From: Candidatus Kapaibacterium sp. | GTDB lineage: Bacteria; Bacteroidota; Ignavibacteria; Kapaibacteriales; UBA2268 | DNA length: 42,998 nucleotides | NCBI GenBank assembly: GCA_026390675.1 | Contig: JAPLFM010000175.1 | Coordinates: 1-42,998, forward strand | Direction: 5' to 3' | Part shown: one piece after another, positions 8,446-18,795 of the stretch | Numbering within the stretch: position 1 is the stretch's first letter | Layout of the letters: each line of letters begins with the position of its first letter | The notes under the pieces: generated by a model | Databases searched by the model: none | Told to the model about the DNA's origin: nothing | What the model saw: the letters and a program-made list of their open reading frames with translations, nothing else | Program-made: the position numbers and the translations under genes

Positions 8446-11400
8446 TTATTTTTGTATTATTAACTGTTTGGTATCTGTAAAGAAACCAGAACGGTAAACA
8501 ATATTATAAGTTCCACTACCTAAATCTTGAATTGGAATTGCAACTTCATATTCACCTTCTTTCATTACACTGCTTACAGGTACTGAAATTGATTGTCCTG
8601 CTGAATTAATGATACTCAATTCAGTTGCTCCTTCTGTAGCTACTCTAAATTTAATTAATCCACCTGCACTTGTTACTGGGTTTGGATTTACTTCTTGTAA
8701 AGCATATCCACCACTTGCTCCAACTACTATTGGTCTAATATCTGAGGCACATACTGGATCTAAAGTAATAGAAATAGGCACTCTTGCTTGGAAATTAAAG
8801 CATAAGTTATTGCCATCTCCTAGATTATGAGTAATCTCTGATTTATAAACTACTTTACCATTTGCATCTCTCGGCAAATCTTCACCTGCAGTTGTACTTG
8901 TATATGATGGTAAGAATGAGTTAAATCTTAAAGTAACCAATTCTCCACTTCCATCAAATACATTAGCACCTATCGCAACTATTTTGAATGAAATAATGTG
9001 ATCTTGGGTTGTTGGGTTTGAAACTTCACTTACTGAGTTAGGATCTATTTGGAATTTACCAGCATAATCTTTACCTATTGCTAATGAATATTTGTTCAAA
9101 TCTGACATAGCTGTTTTATCTAAAATAGCTTTTAAGAATTTGCCTGGATAAGTTATTGATGCATCCATATAAGTTACTTTAGCTTTTGCCATAGCACCTG
9201 TACTATTAAAAGTAATCTTATAACCTACTTGATCTTGTACTTTGATACTTGCTGTTGCATCCAAAAATGCATTAGCTGATACTCTGTGCATTGAACTTGT
9301 AGAGCCACCTGTGAAGCTATAACCCTCTACTGTAAAATCAATACTTTGTTTTTCTTTACCTAGTATATCAGTATCATATGTTAATTGGATTGTACTTGTA
9401 GCTATATCTGCCATTGGAGCAAATAAAACTGTTATTGTCTTTGAAGCTCCTACTGTTAATACTTCTGTAGTTGGTGTTGTTTCAAAACTTAAAGCATTAG
9501 TACTGCTTAATGCAAAGTTTGATACTCTAAAGAAAGTTCCAACATTTAAAACACCAGTGTTTGTTATTACAAAATTTAATTTAACTGGTGTACCAACACA
9601 AGTTGAGGCATCTTCTTTTGTTGTTGCAAAAGATTGTGTCAACCCAGAACCAAGCCATTTTGAATTTATAAATGAATTACCTGCATCTGCATCACATACC
9701 AAATCCATATCTGATGATACTGATGGTTGAGCTTGTGCTACAAATTCAGCTTGCAAAATTTGTAATGAATCACCTGGGGCCAATCTATATGGTTTCAAAG
9801 CTGTAATTTTAACTTTGTTACCCATATCATCTATTAAACTGTTACCATCATATCTAAATCCCGCTGTTCCATAAGTTGTCATATCACTTGATATGTCAGC
9901 ATTTGTTTTTATAGCTGTTATTGTTACTGTATCTCCATAAATCCAATCGCCTGGTGCATTTGTCTTAGCTGGATTGTAGATAACTATATCTCTTTTTTGT
10001 GGTTTTGAACCATCTTTTATCAAAGTTTTGCCAAAATCTACTACTGGAGTTATATTTATTCTTGGTACTAAACCAACACCTTTAACTGTACTTACTACAC
10101 CACTAATATTCGCTTGATTATTAAATGTTATTTTTACTTCGTGAGGTCCTGTTGTTTTTGGAGAAAAATAAATTTGTTTAGTTATATTTTTACCTGCTGG
10201 CACTACTATTGAATTATAAGTTGTACCAATTTTGTCCAATGTTGTTACTTTGTCTTCTAGTAAAAATTCTGTTGCATCACCTGGTGTTGCTTCTGCAATA
10301 GTAATATTCTCTACTATTACATCTTTACTTCCATCATTAGTTAAAGTGAATACATATTCACCATTTACATCTTTACCATTTGTTTCAGTAATAGGGAATG
10401 CTGCTCTATTTATTCGTTTTTCACCCCAATCATAGCTATTTACTTTTAATTCTGATTTAATGCCTTCACCTTCCAAAATACACAAACTATCTGTTATTCT
10501 TGCATCTGAGCTAAATACTATTGTGTCTTTGAACTTATTTGGAGTGTTTGGTTTGAATGATGCTGTGAATTCTTTATACTTACCTGCTGCTACTATTAAA
10601 GGATTAGCTTTTGATAAGTTTGGATACAAAGCTTTCAAATCTGTTGTAAATTGTGTTAAATGTAATGCTGTAAATCCTGTAATTGCCAAATCCGCTGCTT
10701 TTGAATTATTAGTTATACGAATTACTTTGGTTTGTGCATTAGCATCTGCTACATTCACTTGACCAAAATCATAATCATCTACTAATATTTCTGGCTCGCC
10801 TATACCTGCTCGTACTTCTACTTTATAACCAAATGTACACTCGTCTCCAACACCTAATGAATCTAAGAACGAAGTTGCTCCTGAGTTCAATAATGTCAAA
10901 TCTGGTGTAAAGGTTACTTTAATTGGAAGTGAATCTCCTATAGCTAAAACTTTAGGTAATACCCAGCTTAATGGCTCTATGGTAAATCCTACATTCTTTT
11001 TAAGCAATTGTAATTTTGTTACAGTTACAACTTTTTTACTCTCATTTTTAAGCCAAAAATCTTTAGTTACTGCCAAGTCTCCTGGTTTGAAATTACCATA
11101 AGCTTGATCTTTGTAGATTTTTAGTTTAGTTGCATAATTTTCTATTGTAACCATAGTATCATTACCAGCTCTATCTTTGAATACTAATACTGCTCTTGAA
11201 TCTGCAAATACATCAATTGGTGTTAATGACCAATTAGCAGTAACAGTTTCTCCAGAAATAATTTCACCAACTTTAAAGATGTAGTTGTAAGATGAATCTG
11301 GATCTTCAATCATATAAACATCAGATAAATTAGATCTTGTTGCTTCATCATCTGGTTTATCTGTAACAGTTGCTGTTGATGAAACACCTACACTACCATC

Positions 11401-13002
11401 ACAATCTTTTATATATATTGGTAATGGTTTTACCGAATCTTTTATTTCCAAAGCTGCAAGTGCTGTTGAAGTAGGAAAACCATAAGAATCGTAAGAGTCA
11501 AAACCATAAGAGTAACAACCGAACTTGTATCCTTTTGCACTTCTTACTCTAAAAACTCCATTACCAGGTACAATAATATTTTTCATACCATAAAACATTC
11601 TTTGTGTTGTATCACCATCTCTAAAAATTGGAACATTTTTGTTATAAGGAATTTCTGCACCATCCATACCTTGCAGTTTTTTATAAACCCAAATTGATCC
11701 GTTCCAAGTACCAAACTCCAAATCGTCTGGCATAAAACCAAATTTATTCATTTCAAAAACAATATTCATAAAATTGTTACCAATTTTAGCTCCACCTGCT
11801 GCATTTACTGCTGCAAACATTATATCACTTTGAAATTGTTCTACTGGTGTTAAAACCATTTGAAAAGGGTCTGTATTTACTTGTACTGGATCATCTGTTG
11901 TTCCAGGATTATAGTACATAATAGAAAATGGTTTGTCAGCTGTATAAATTACTGGAAATGGAGAGCGAGGATCACTCATTGGTGTTGCTCTTTCTTCAAT
12001 ATAGCCAGAACCAATTTGTCCACCACTTGTTTTAATATTTGTTAAAAAGTTTCCTTCTCTATAAACTTTTGTATTTGGATATTTTGCAAATATTCTAATC
12101 AATCCCGGTTTTTTTCTATTCATACAAACAGGTACTAAAATCGCTTTACCCCATGTTTCAGTAGGTAATTCCATTTCGCCATTATAATCGCAAGCATAAA
12201 CATCAGTAGGAATATTAGCACAGTGAATACCAGAGGTTACTGCTACTGGTTTATTAGCTAAAATTTTAGAACCTGCAATATCCATTAGAGATTGCTTAGC
12301 ACCAACAACATAAACATCACCTTTTTGAAGATTAAAGTTTACTGATTTACCAATTGTTAAAATACCTTTTGTTTCAGTTTCAACTTGCGATACTCCATCA
12401 CCACCTAGGGTGTAAGTTACTTTCGTATTATCATAAGCTGCAGTTACCAATGTCCAAGCAATTAGTCCGCTCCAAAATGAAGAAGTATATGGACCAGCAA
12501 TATATTCCTTACCTAAACCATTAGTTGGTAAAGCTAAAAAACCATCTGTAGTGTACATAAATCTAACTATTACATATACTACCATTGGATTATCTGAATA
12601 AACGTGAATACCTCTACCAATGTATGTTCGTGCCGGTGGTGTTGCTTCCCCAAAATCATGCATAAAAGGCTGACCGATACCTGGATTTAAATCAAATACT
12701 GTCAAGCCACCTGCTGCTACTTTCGTTGTTTTGAAATAGCCCGGTCCATCAATTGCACATGATATTTTGTTTTTACCAGGACTTACACAAAATACTCTAA
12801 TAAAATTTGCACCTGTTACTTCTTCGTAACATGGTGGAATTGCAAACCAATAATCTCTACCAGAACTGGTAGCTCCTGCCATTAAAGGCATCTTCCTTGC
12901 TATTTCATCTTCATCAAACTTTTCGCCTGCTTTCAAACTCATTGATAGAGCTCCAACAAAAAGTAGAGTGATTAATAGAAACTTTTGTAAAAACTTTGTC
13001 AT
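8446..13002 (-). CDS. large IgGFc-binding-domain secreted protein with multiple Ig-like (ASH/choice-of-anchor D-like) domains and a T9SS-type CTD
   Basis: Paralog of 5746..8214 over the N-terminal ~720 aa; repeated DFG...I.N Ig modules; C-terminal VNPNP...LGSGTYNI. Confidence 0.82.
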   Translation of the reverse strand: MTKFLQKFLLITLLFVGALSMSLKAGEKFDEDEIARKMPLMAGATSSGRDYWFAIPPCYEEVTGANFIRVFCVSPGKNKISCAIDGPGYFKTTKVAAGGLTVFDLNPGIGQPFMHDFGEATPPARTYIGRGIHVYSDNPMVVYVIVRFMYTTDGFLALPTNGLGKEYIAGPYTSSFWSGLIAWTLVTAAYDNTKVTYTLGGDGVSQVETETKGILTIGKSVNFNLQKGDVYVVGAKQSLMDIAGSKILANKPVAVTSGIHCANIPTDVYACDYNGEMELPTETWGKAILVPVCMNRKKPGLIRIFAKYPNTKVYREGNFLTNIKTSGGQIGSGYIEERATPMSDPRSPFPVIYTADKPFSIMYYNPGTTDDPVQVNTDPFQMVLTPVEQFQSDIMFAAVNAAGGAKIGNNFMNIVFEMNKFGFMPDDLEFGTWNGSIWVYKKLQGMDGAEIPYNKNVPIFRDGDTTQRMFYGMKNIIVPGNGVFRVRSAKGYKFGCYSYGFDSYDSYGFPTSTALAALEIKDSVKPLPIYIKDCDGSVGVSSTATVTDKPDDEATRSNLSDVYMIEDPDSSYNYIFKVGEIISGETVTANWSLTPIDVFADSRAVLVFKDRAGNDTMVTIENYATKLKIYKDQAYGNFKPGDLAVTKDFWLKNESKKVVTVTKLQLLKKNVGFTIEPLSWVLPKVLAIGDSLPIKVTFTPDLTLLNSGATSFLDSLGVGDECTFGYKVEVRAGIGEPEILVDDYDFGQVNVADANAQTKVIRITNNSKAADLAITGFTALHLTQFTTDLKALYPNLSKANPLIVAAGKYKEFTASFKPNTPNKFKDTIVFSSDARITDSLCILEGEGIKSELKVNSYDWGEKRINRAAFPITETNGKDVNGEYVFTLTNDGSKDVIVENITIAEATPGDATEFLLEDKVTTLDKIGTTYNSIVVPAGKNITKQIYFSPKTTGPHEVKITFNNQANISGVVSTVKGVGLVPRINITPVVDFGKTLIKDGSKPQKRDIVIYNPAKTNAPGDWIYGDTVTITAIKTNADISSDMTTYGTAGFRYDGNSLIDDMGNKVKITALKPYRLAPGDSLQILQAEFVAQAQPSVSSDMDLVCDADAGNSFINSKWLGSGLTQSFATTKEDASTCVGTPVKLNFVITNTGVLNVGTFFRVSNFALSSTNALSFETTPTTEVLTVGASKTITVLFAPMADIATSTIQLTYDTDILGKEKQSIDFTVEGYSFTGGSTSSMHRVSANAFLDATASIKVQDQVGYKITFNSTGAMAKAKVTYMDASITYPGKFLKAILDKTAMSDLNKYSLAIGKDYAGKFQIDPNSVSEVSNPTTQDHIISFKIVAIGANVFDGSGELVTLRFNSFLPSYTSTTAGEDLPRDANGKVVYKSEITHNLGDGNNLCFNFQARVPISITLDPVCASDIRPIVVGASGGYALQEVNPNPVTSAGGLIKFRVATEGATELSIINSAGQSISVPVSSVMKEGEYEVAIPIQDLGSGTYNIVYRSGFFTDTKQLIIQK

Positions 13003-13126
13003 ACTTTGTACTCCGGATAGTTTTATAATAATATTTTAATAAATTTCATTTTCAATATTTATAAATTATTTAATTTTTTGTTAACAAAAAACAAATATTT
13101 TCTTTTTTTGTAAATATCTTTAAACT

Positions 13127-13156
13127 TATTAACAATTAATTGTGGATTTTGTTACA
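13127..13156 (-). promoter_or_regulatory. ECF-sigma-like promoter, copy 2
   Basis: TGTAAC-N16-TGTTAATA. Confidence 0.55.
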
Positions 13157-13237
13157 CACTTTTTGAAAATAATTTAAAATTTATTGAATATTTATTTTTT
13201 TTGCAAACTATTTTCAAATAGAATATTCCTAATTACG

Positions 13238-13245
13238 TAAATTTG
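13238..13245 (+). promoter_or_regulatory. Bacteroidota-type housekeeping -7 box (TAnnTTTG)
   Basis: TAAATTTG 27 bp before the PBP1A start; the same motif precedes rsmI (23630-23637, -), the lipoprotein (36234-36241, +) and rpsD (38124-38131, -). Confidence 0.55.
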
Positions 13246-13271
13246 TAAGCTAATAATCAAACAAAACAAAA

Positions 13272-15533
13272 ATGAATCCAAGAAGATTAATAATTATACT
13301 TGCCTCTACTACTATTTTTACTTTTGCGGCAGTAAGTACTTTAGTTTATTTTACAGTAAAGGGTAATTTGCCTTCACTAGAGCAATTAGAAAATCCACCT
13401 GTTAACCAAGCTACCCAAATTCTTAGTGAAAATGGTGATTTGCTAGATCACTTTTTTATTGAAAAAAGAGTGAATCTAAGCTTTAATCAAATTCCAAAAG
13501 ATTTTATTAATGCATTAGTTGCTACCGAAGATAGAAAATTCTATAGTCATTGGGGAGTAGATATTGATAGAATTATTAAGGCTGGTCTAAAAAATATAGC
13601 GGCTAGACACGCTAAAGAAGGTGCTTCCACTCTTACTCAACAGCTTGCAAGAAATTTATTTCTTGACCAATCTCCTACTTTTGGTAGAAAAATTAAAGAA
13701 GCAGCAACTGCTGTACAAATCGAAGATACTTATACCAAAGAAGAAATTTTAGAAATGTATGCAAATACTGTTGGATTTGGCAGAGGTGCTTATGGGATTA
13801 ATGTTGCTGCAAAAACTTATTTTAACAAAAAAGCAAATGAAATGTCACTTGCTGAATGTGCTTTTTTAGTTGGCTTACTAAAAGCACCATCAAGATATGA
13901 TGCTAGAGCAAATTATGATAGAGCATTAAATAGAAGAAATTTAGTTTTGAACTTAATGTCTGATCAGGGGTTCATAACAAAAGAACAATTTTGGGGAGCC
14001 TCTGAAGAACCAATCAATATTAACTTAGGTAAAAGAAAAAGAGTTGATGCTGATATTGCACCTCATTTTGTTGAAAATATTAGACAACAATTAAATAATG
14101 ATTCCAAATTAGAACAATATGATTTGTATAGAGATGGATTAATTATAAATACTACACTTAATTCTACAATTCAAAAATATGCAAATGAATCAATTGAACA
14201 ACATTTAAAAGAGTTTCAAAAAACTTTTGATGCATCTTGGAAATGGAGTAATAATCAAAAATTATTAAACTCTGTAATTGCTGATGGAATTCGAAAAAAT
14301 AACGAATACAAATCTGCTTCAAAAGAAAACAAACCTGATATTGAAGCTAAATTACGTAAAAATTTAAAATTCATTGATTCAGTTAAAAATGTTGCCTCAA
14401 CTATTCAAGTTGGTTTGATTGCTTTAGATGCTCATACTGGTGCCATAATTGCAATGGTTGGGGCTTCTCCAAAATTTATGGATGAAAATCCTGAGTACAA
14501 ATATTCCCTTAACCATACTACACAAATCAGAAGGCAACCTGGTTCGTCATTTAAACCATTTGTTTATGCCATGGCATTAAAGCAAGGTATGAAACCTGAA
14601 GATATGATTGAATGTGGTCCTTATTCATACAGAGATCCCGGTTCTGGACTTATTTGGTCGCCAAGTGTAACCGAGGATGATTGTCAAGATGCTGGCTCTA
14701 GACTGCCACTTAGTGAAGCTTTGAGAAAGTCTATTAATTCTGTTGCTGCAAGATTAATCACCCAAGTTACTAACCCTACTGATGTAAAAAACTTAATAGA
14801 ACAAGCTGGTGTAAAGTCCAAATTGCTTGCTGTTCCTGCTTTAGCTTTAGGTGCAGGTGGAGAGGTTAGTCCATTGGAATTAACTTCTGCATATAGTATT
14901 TTTGCAAATGAAGGTATTCACGTTGAACCATATTTGATAAAATCTATTTTAGACAAAAATGGGAATACTATTTTTGAAAGAAGAGGTGGAAATGTTACTA
15001 CTGAAGTTTTGGATAAAGAAATTGCTAAAACTATGACTAAAATGCTTAGGCAAGTTGTTGATGCTGGTACTGCTGCTAGAATTAGACAGGTATTTAAAGG
15101 TATAGAAGCTGCTGGTAAAACTGGTACTACCAACGACAATGCAGATGCTTGGTTTGTAGGATATACACCTCAATTAATTTGTGGAATATGGGTAGGTTTT
15201 GATGATCAAAGAATTAATTTTGATGTGATTGGTAGGCAAGGACAAGGTGGTAGAGCGGCTGCTCCTATTTGGGCTTTGCTAATGAACAAAATCTATAATG
15301 ACCCAAACCTACCATATAAACAAAAAACATTTGGATATGATGTTGTTGATTCATTGAATTTGAACGAATCGCTTATAGCTCCTCAAGTGCAAGCTACTCA
15401 GACCAAAGCTCCTACTAACCAAAGAGCTGAAATTACTACAACCAAAAAAAATGAGCCAAAGCCAGAAGCAAAAAAAGAAAACCCAGTTACTACACAAGGC
15501 AATAGCACTTTACCAAAGTTACCTAAGAAATGA
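13272..15533 (+). CDS. mrcA: class A penicillin-binding protein 1A
   Basis: Transglycosylase EDRKFYSHWG and GASTLTQQLARN; transpeptidase SSFK, SIN, KTGT. Confidence 0.93.
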   Translation: MNPRRLIIILASTTIFTFAAVSTLVYFTVKGNLPSLEQLENPPVNQATQILSENGDLLDHFFIEKRVNLSFNQIPKDFINALVATEDRKFYSHWGVDIDRIIKAGLKNIAARHAKEGASTLTQQLARNLFLDQSPTFGRKIKEAATAVQIEDTYTKEEILEMYANTVGFGRGAYGINVAAKTYFNKKANEMSLAECAFLVGLLKAPSRYDARANYDRALNRRNLVLNLMSDQGFITKEQFWGASEEPININLGKRKRVDADIAPHFVENIRQQLNNDSKLEQYDLYRDGLIINTTLNSTIQKYANESIEQHLKEFQKTFDASWKWSNNQKLLNSVIADGIRKNNEYKSASKENKPDIEAKLRKNLKFIDSVKNVASTIQVGLIALDAHTGAIIAMVGASPKFMDENPEYKYSLNHTTQIRRQPGSSFKPFVYAMALKQGMKPEDMIECGPYSYRDPGSGLIWSPSVTEDDCQDAGSRLPLSEALRKSINSVAARLITQVTNPTDVKNLIEQAGVKSKLLAVPALALGAGGEVSPLELTSAYSIFANEGIHVEPYLIKSILDKNGNTIFERRGGNVTTEVLDKEIAKTMTKMLRQVVDAGTAARIRQVFKGIEAAGKTGTTNDNADAWFVGYTPQLICGIWVGFDDQRINFDVIGRQGQGGRAAAPIWALLMNKIYNDPNLPYKQKTFGYDVVDSLNLNESLIAPQVQATQTKAPTNQRAEITTTKKNEPKPEAKKENPVTTQGNSTLPKLPKK

Positions 15534-15737
15534 ACCGAAAATGAGTAATAAAAATGATTAATGTAGAAGTTCAGCAAATAAAATCAAAATAGCGTCTTTT
15601 AGACCACTTAGAAGTATTCACATCTATTCGATAAATACTGAATTTTTAACAAATAAAGACTAAATGTTTAATAGAATAGAACTAAAAAAAGACTTTATAT
15701 ATAATTTGATACACCCAATGGAAAAATAAAAATAAAG

Positions 15738-16751
15738 ATGATTAAAAGCGAAATAATTTTATATCAAAACCAAGATGGCTCTATAAAATTAGATGTACAT
15801 CTTGAAGAAGAAACTGTTTGGCTTAATCAAGCTCAAATTGCTGAATTATTTGGTAAAAGTCGAACAACTATTACAGAACACATAAAAAACATTTTTTCAG
15901 AAGGTGAATTGATTGAAATTTTGGTATGTCGGAATTTCCGACACACCATTCAACATGGTGCTATTAATGATAAAACACAAAGCAAAGAAGTAAAATACTA
16001 TAACCTTGATGTTATCATTTCAGTTGGCTATAGAGTTAAATCTTTACAAGGAACTCAATTTAGAATTTGGGCTACTCAACGTTTAAAAGATTATATAGTA
16101 AAAGGCTTTGCATTAAATGACGACAGGTTTAAGTCTGGTAATTCTATGAATTACTTTAATGAACTTCAAAACCGAATTCGTGAAATACGTTTATCTGAAC
16201 GTTTTTTTTATCAAAAGATTAAAGATATTTACATCACAAGTATTGATTATAACCCAAAAGATGAAAAAACAATTGAGTTTTTCAAAATTGTTCAGAACAA
16301 ACTATTATGGGCTATTAGTCAGCAAACAGCAGCAGAATTAGTTTATCGTAGAGTAGATGCAAGTTTGCCCTTGCTTGGTATGCTATCAATTGATAAATCA
16401 AATACAGATAAAATTAATATTAAAGATGTCAGTATTGCTAAAAATTATTTAAATGAAGATGAAATTAAGTTGTTAGGACTTTTGGTTGAGCAATATTTAG
16501 CTTTTGCTGAAACTATGGCTCAACAACAAACACCAATGTATATGAAAGACTGGATAAACAGGTTAGATAGTATTTTACAACTAAATGGTAGAGAATTATT
16601 AAATCATGCCGGAAAAATAAGTCATGAATCTGCTCTTGATAAATCCAAAGAAGAGTATGAGAAATATAAATTTGCTCAAAATGAATTGGAAAAAGAGCAT
16701 AGTTTAAAAGAAATTGAAGCTGATATTAATATGTTAAAAATAATTAATTAG
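15738..16751 (+). CDS. rhuM: RhuM family (virulence RhuM-like DNA-binding) protein
   Basis: ETVWLNQAQIAELF, YNLDVIISVGYRVKS..GTQFRIWAT, RIREIRLSERFFYQKIKDIY, VQNKLLWA. Confidence 0.9.
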   Translation: MIKSEIILYQNQDGSIKLDVHLEEETVWLNQAQIAELFGKSRTTITEHIKNIFSEGELIEILVCRNFRHTIQHGAINDKTQSKEVKYYNLDVIISVGYRVKSLQGTQFRIWATQRLKDYIVKGFALNDDRFKSGNSMNYFNELQNRIREIRLSERFFYQKIKDIYITSIDYNPKDEKTIEFFKIVQNKLLWAISQQTAAELVYRRVDASLPLLGMLSIDKSNTDKINIKDVSIAKNYLNEDEIKLLGLLVEQYLAFAETMAQQQTPMYMKDWINRLDSILQLNGRELLNHAGKISHESALDKSKEEYEKYKFAQNELEKEHSLKEIEADINMLKIIN

Positions 16752-16839
16752 AACTTTTTACTAATTTGTACAATGTTATTCAAATTTCCTGTTAGACCAA
16801 ATTCAAAACATACTATTTATTCAAACGAATTAATAAAAG

Positions 16840-16944
16840 CCTACCTTACAAACAAAAATATTTAGATATTAGGTTTTTGATTCTGACAATTAGTAAGCCA
16901 AAGCTAGAAGCAAAAAAAAGAAAACCAAGTTACCTAAGAAATGA
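16840..16944 (+). repeat. degenerate, internally deleted direct copy of the mrcA 3' end
   Basis: 16840-16883 resembles 15308-15352; 16896-16933 resembles 15454-15490; ends AAGTTACCTAAGAAATGA exactly as 15516-15533. Confidence 0.8.
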
Positions 16945-16974
16945 TGTTTCATTAATAATTATCTAAATTTAATT

Positions 16975-18795
16975 TTACCTCTTTACAACTAATTTCTTTA
17001 CATAATTTTTACTACCTAAATTTAGTACTATAAAGTATATTCCTTCTGTAAGATTTGCTGTATCAAAATCATATCTATACATTCCTATTTCTTCCAATTT
17101 ATTATCAATAATTGTAGAAACTTTTTGACCAAAAATATCAATTATTTCCAAACTTACATTTGTTTCACTTTCATTAAAATATTCAAGCATTATATGATTT
17201 GCAGATGGATTTGGAAAAGTATTAAACTTTTCATTTCTTGATTTTTGGATTTTTTCTTCAATTCCAGAAGCAATCTGATTTTTACAAGGCAGATTCCAAT
17301 TTGCAAAAAATGTTTCATAAGCTGAATTCAAAGTATCGGCATCTCCGTATAACTTATAACTCCATCTGAAAAAATTAGTTCTTTGAATTTTTACGTTTTC
17401 ATTATTAGTTGCATTTGAGTAAGTAATATATGGTGCAGCAACTAAATCTTTTACAGCAAAATCAACAGAATGAATATAATCTGGTGGGTTTACATAGTAG
17501 TTATATATATCTGTAAATGGTGGGTTTATCTCTGTTGTAAAAATATTACCCATTAGTTTATTAATATATCTATACCCTGCCCAATATGGAATATCTCCAG
17601 TTTCGTCAATTGTATAAATTCTACCTAACTTTATACCTTTTGCTGCATATTTTGACAATGAGAAAGTGTCAAGTGTATTTTGAACATTCTTAATAAGCAA
17701 AGTATCATAAAGTCCTTTATGTAAATCTTGGCTTAATTTTGTCTCAATTTTAATCCAATCTATTGCAATTGAAGTTGTATCTAAATAAACTACTTCTATA
17801 TTTAAGCTGTCGATGGGACTATAAGCATCTCCTGTAACACCCGGCTTAAAATGTGGATTTACATCAACACCATTGCAAATAAATTTAGCAGAAATAGTAA
17901 TATCTCTATCACTTCCATTTGGAAGCATATTTTTTGTAATATATAAAGTATTTGTAGGGTAAACACTTTGCAAATTTTGATATTTACCTCTATTATAAGT
18001 TTGTATTATAGTATCATTTGCTGTTGGGCTTGGTAATTCACTAAATTTAATATATCCACTTGAGCTATCAAGTGTAACATAAGGCATCCTAATTGCAAGA
18101 ACTTTTGTAGTATCTTGTACACCACTTGCATAAAGCCTCCGTAAGTTAATTGTAAAATACATTTCATAACAATTATAATCTCGATAATATACTCTTGGAC
18201 TAGCATGAGGAATAGTATCCAAATCACTTGACTTTATATACTCAAATTGATTACATACCCAAGGTTTTGATAAAACAGTATCTCCTATACTTGCATAAGT
18301 AGGCATAACAACTAACCTATTATAATTTTCATTCGTCGAATTTGTATCAATATATCCTTTATAAGATTTAAACCCAAATATTGCATTTGAGCTGTCATTT
18401 GGTCTTGTATTTTTTCCAATATTATCGATTATTAAAGTAGGCTCATATTTAATACTTCTGCCATATAAAGGACTAAAAACTGCCCAATTAAACCAATTAC
18501 TTATGCTTGGAACATTTACTAATAAATTTATATTTTCAGCCAAATCAGCAGTATCTGCTTTTATACCAGCACCTATATTTACATGACCTTGATTCATATC
18601 AAGAGCTTTAGTCATTGATTTTCCAGAACACCAGTGCCAGCCTAATAAGAAGTTGTCTTGCTTAAAATCTGCACTATCTGCACTTAGATATTTTGATGTT
18701 CCATTTACATTAAATTGATGTTGTGCAGGTTCAGTATTTTGTGAGTATATGCTAAAATAATTTAGAATAAATATAATTAAAAGTAATTTTTTCAT
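16975..18795 (-). CDS. secreted protein with T9SS type A sorting domain, function unknown
   Basis: Signal peptide; C-terminal FPNPSA...LTEGIYFI...VKKLVVKR. Confidence 0.82.
   Translation of the reverse strand: MKKLLLIIFILNYFSIYSQNTEPAQHQFNVNGTSKYLSADSADFKQDNFLLGWHWCSGKSMTKALDMNQGHVNIGAGIKADTADLAENINLLVNVPSISNWFNWAVFSPLYGRSIKYEPTLIIDNIGKNTRPNDSSNAIFGFKSYKGYIDTNSTNENYNRLVVMPTYASIGDTVLSKPWVCNQFEYIKSSDLDTIPHASPRVYYRDYNCYEMYFTINLRRLYASGVQDTTKVLAIRMPYVTLDSSSGYIKFSELPSPTANDTIIQTYNRGKYQNLQSVYPTNTLYITKNMLPNGSDRDITISAKFICNGVDVNPHFKPGVTGDAYSPIDSLNIEVVYLDTTSIAIDWIKIETKLSQDLHKGLYDTLLIKNVQNTLDTFSLSKYAAKGIKLGRIYTIDETGDIPYWAGYRYINKLMGNIFTTEINPPFTDIYNYYVNPPDYIHSVDFAVKDLVAAPYITYSNATNNENVKIQRTNFFRWSYKLYGDADTLNSAYETFFANWNLPCKNQIASGIEEKIQKSRNEKFNTFPNPSANHIMLEYFNESETNVSLEIIDIFGQKVSTIIDNKLEEIGMYRYDFDTANLTEGIYFIVLNLGSKNYVKKLVVKR

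Noticed and set aside
15598-15620. AGACCACTTAG-AAGT resembling the Rhs DHLGS codons upstream of rhuM
   Set aside because: Only ~15 nt of similarity, needs a gap, and has no flanking Rhs homology.
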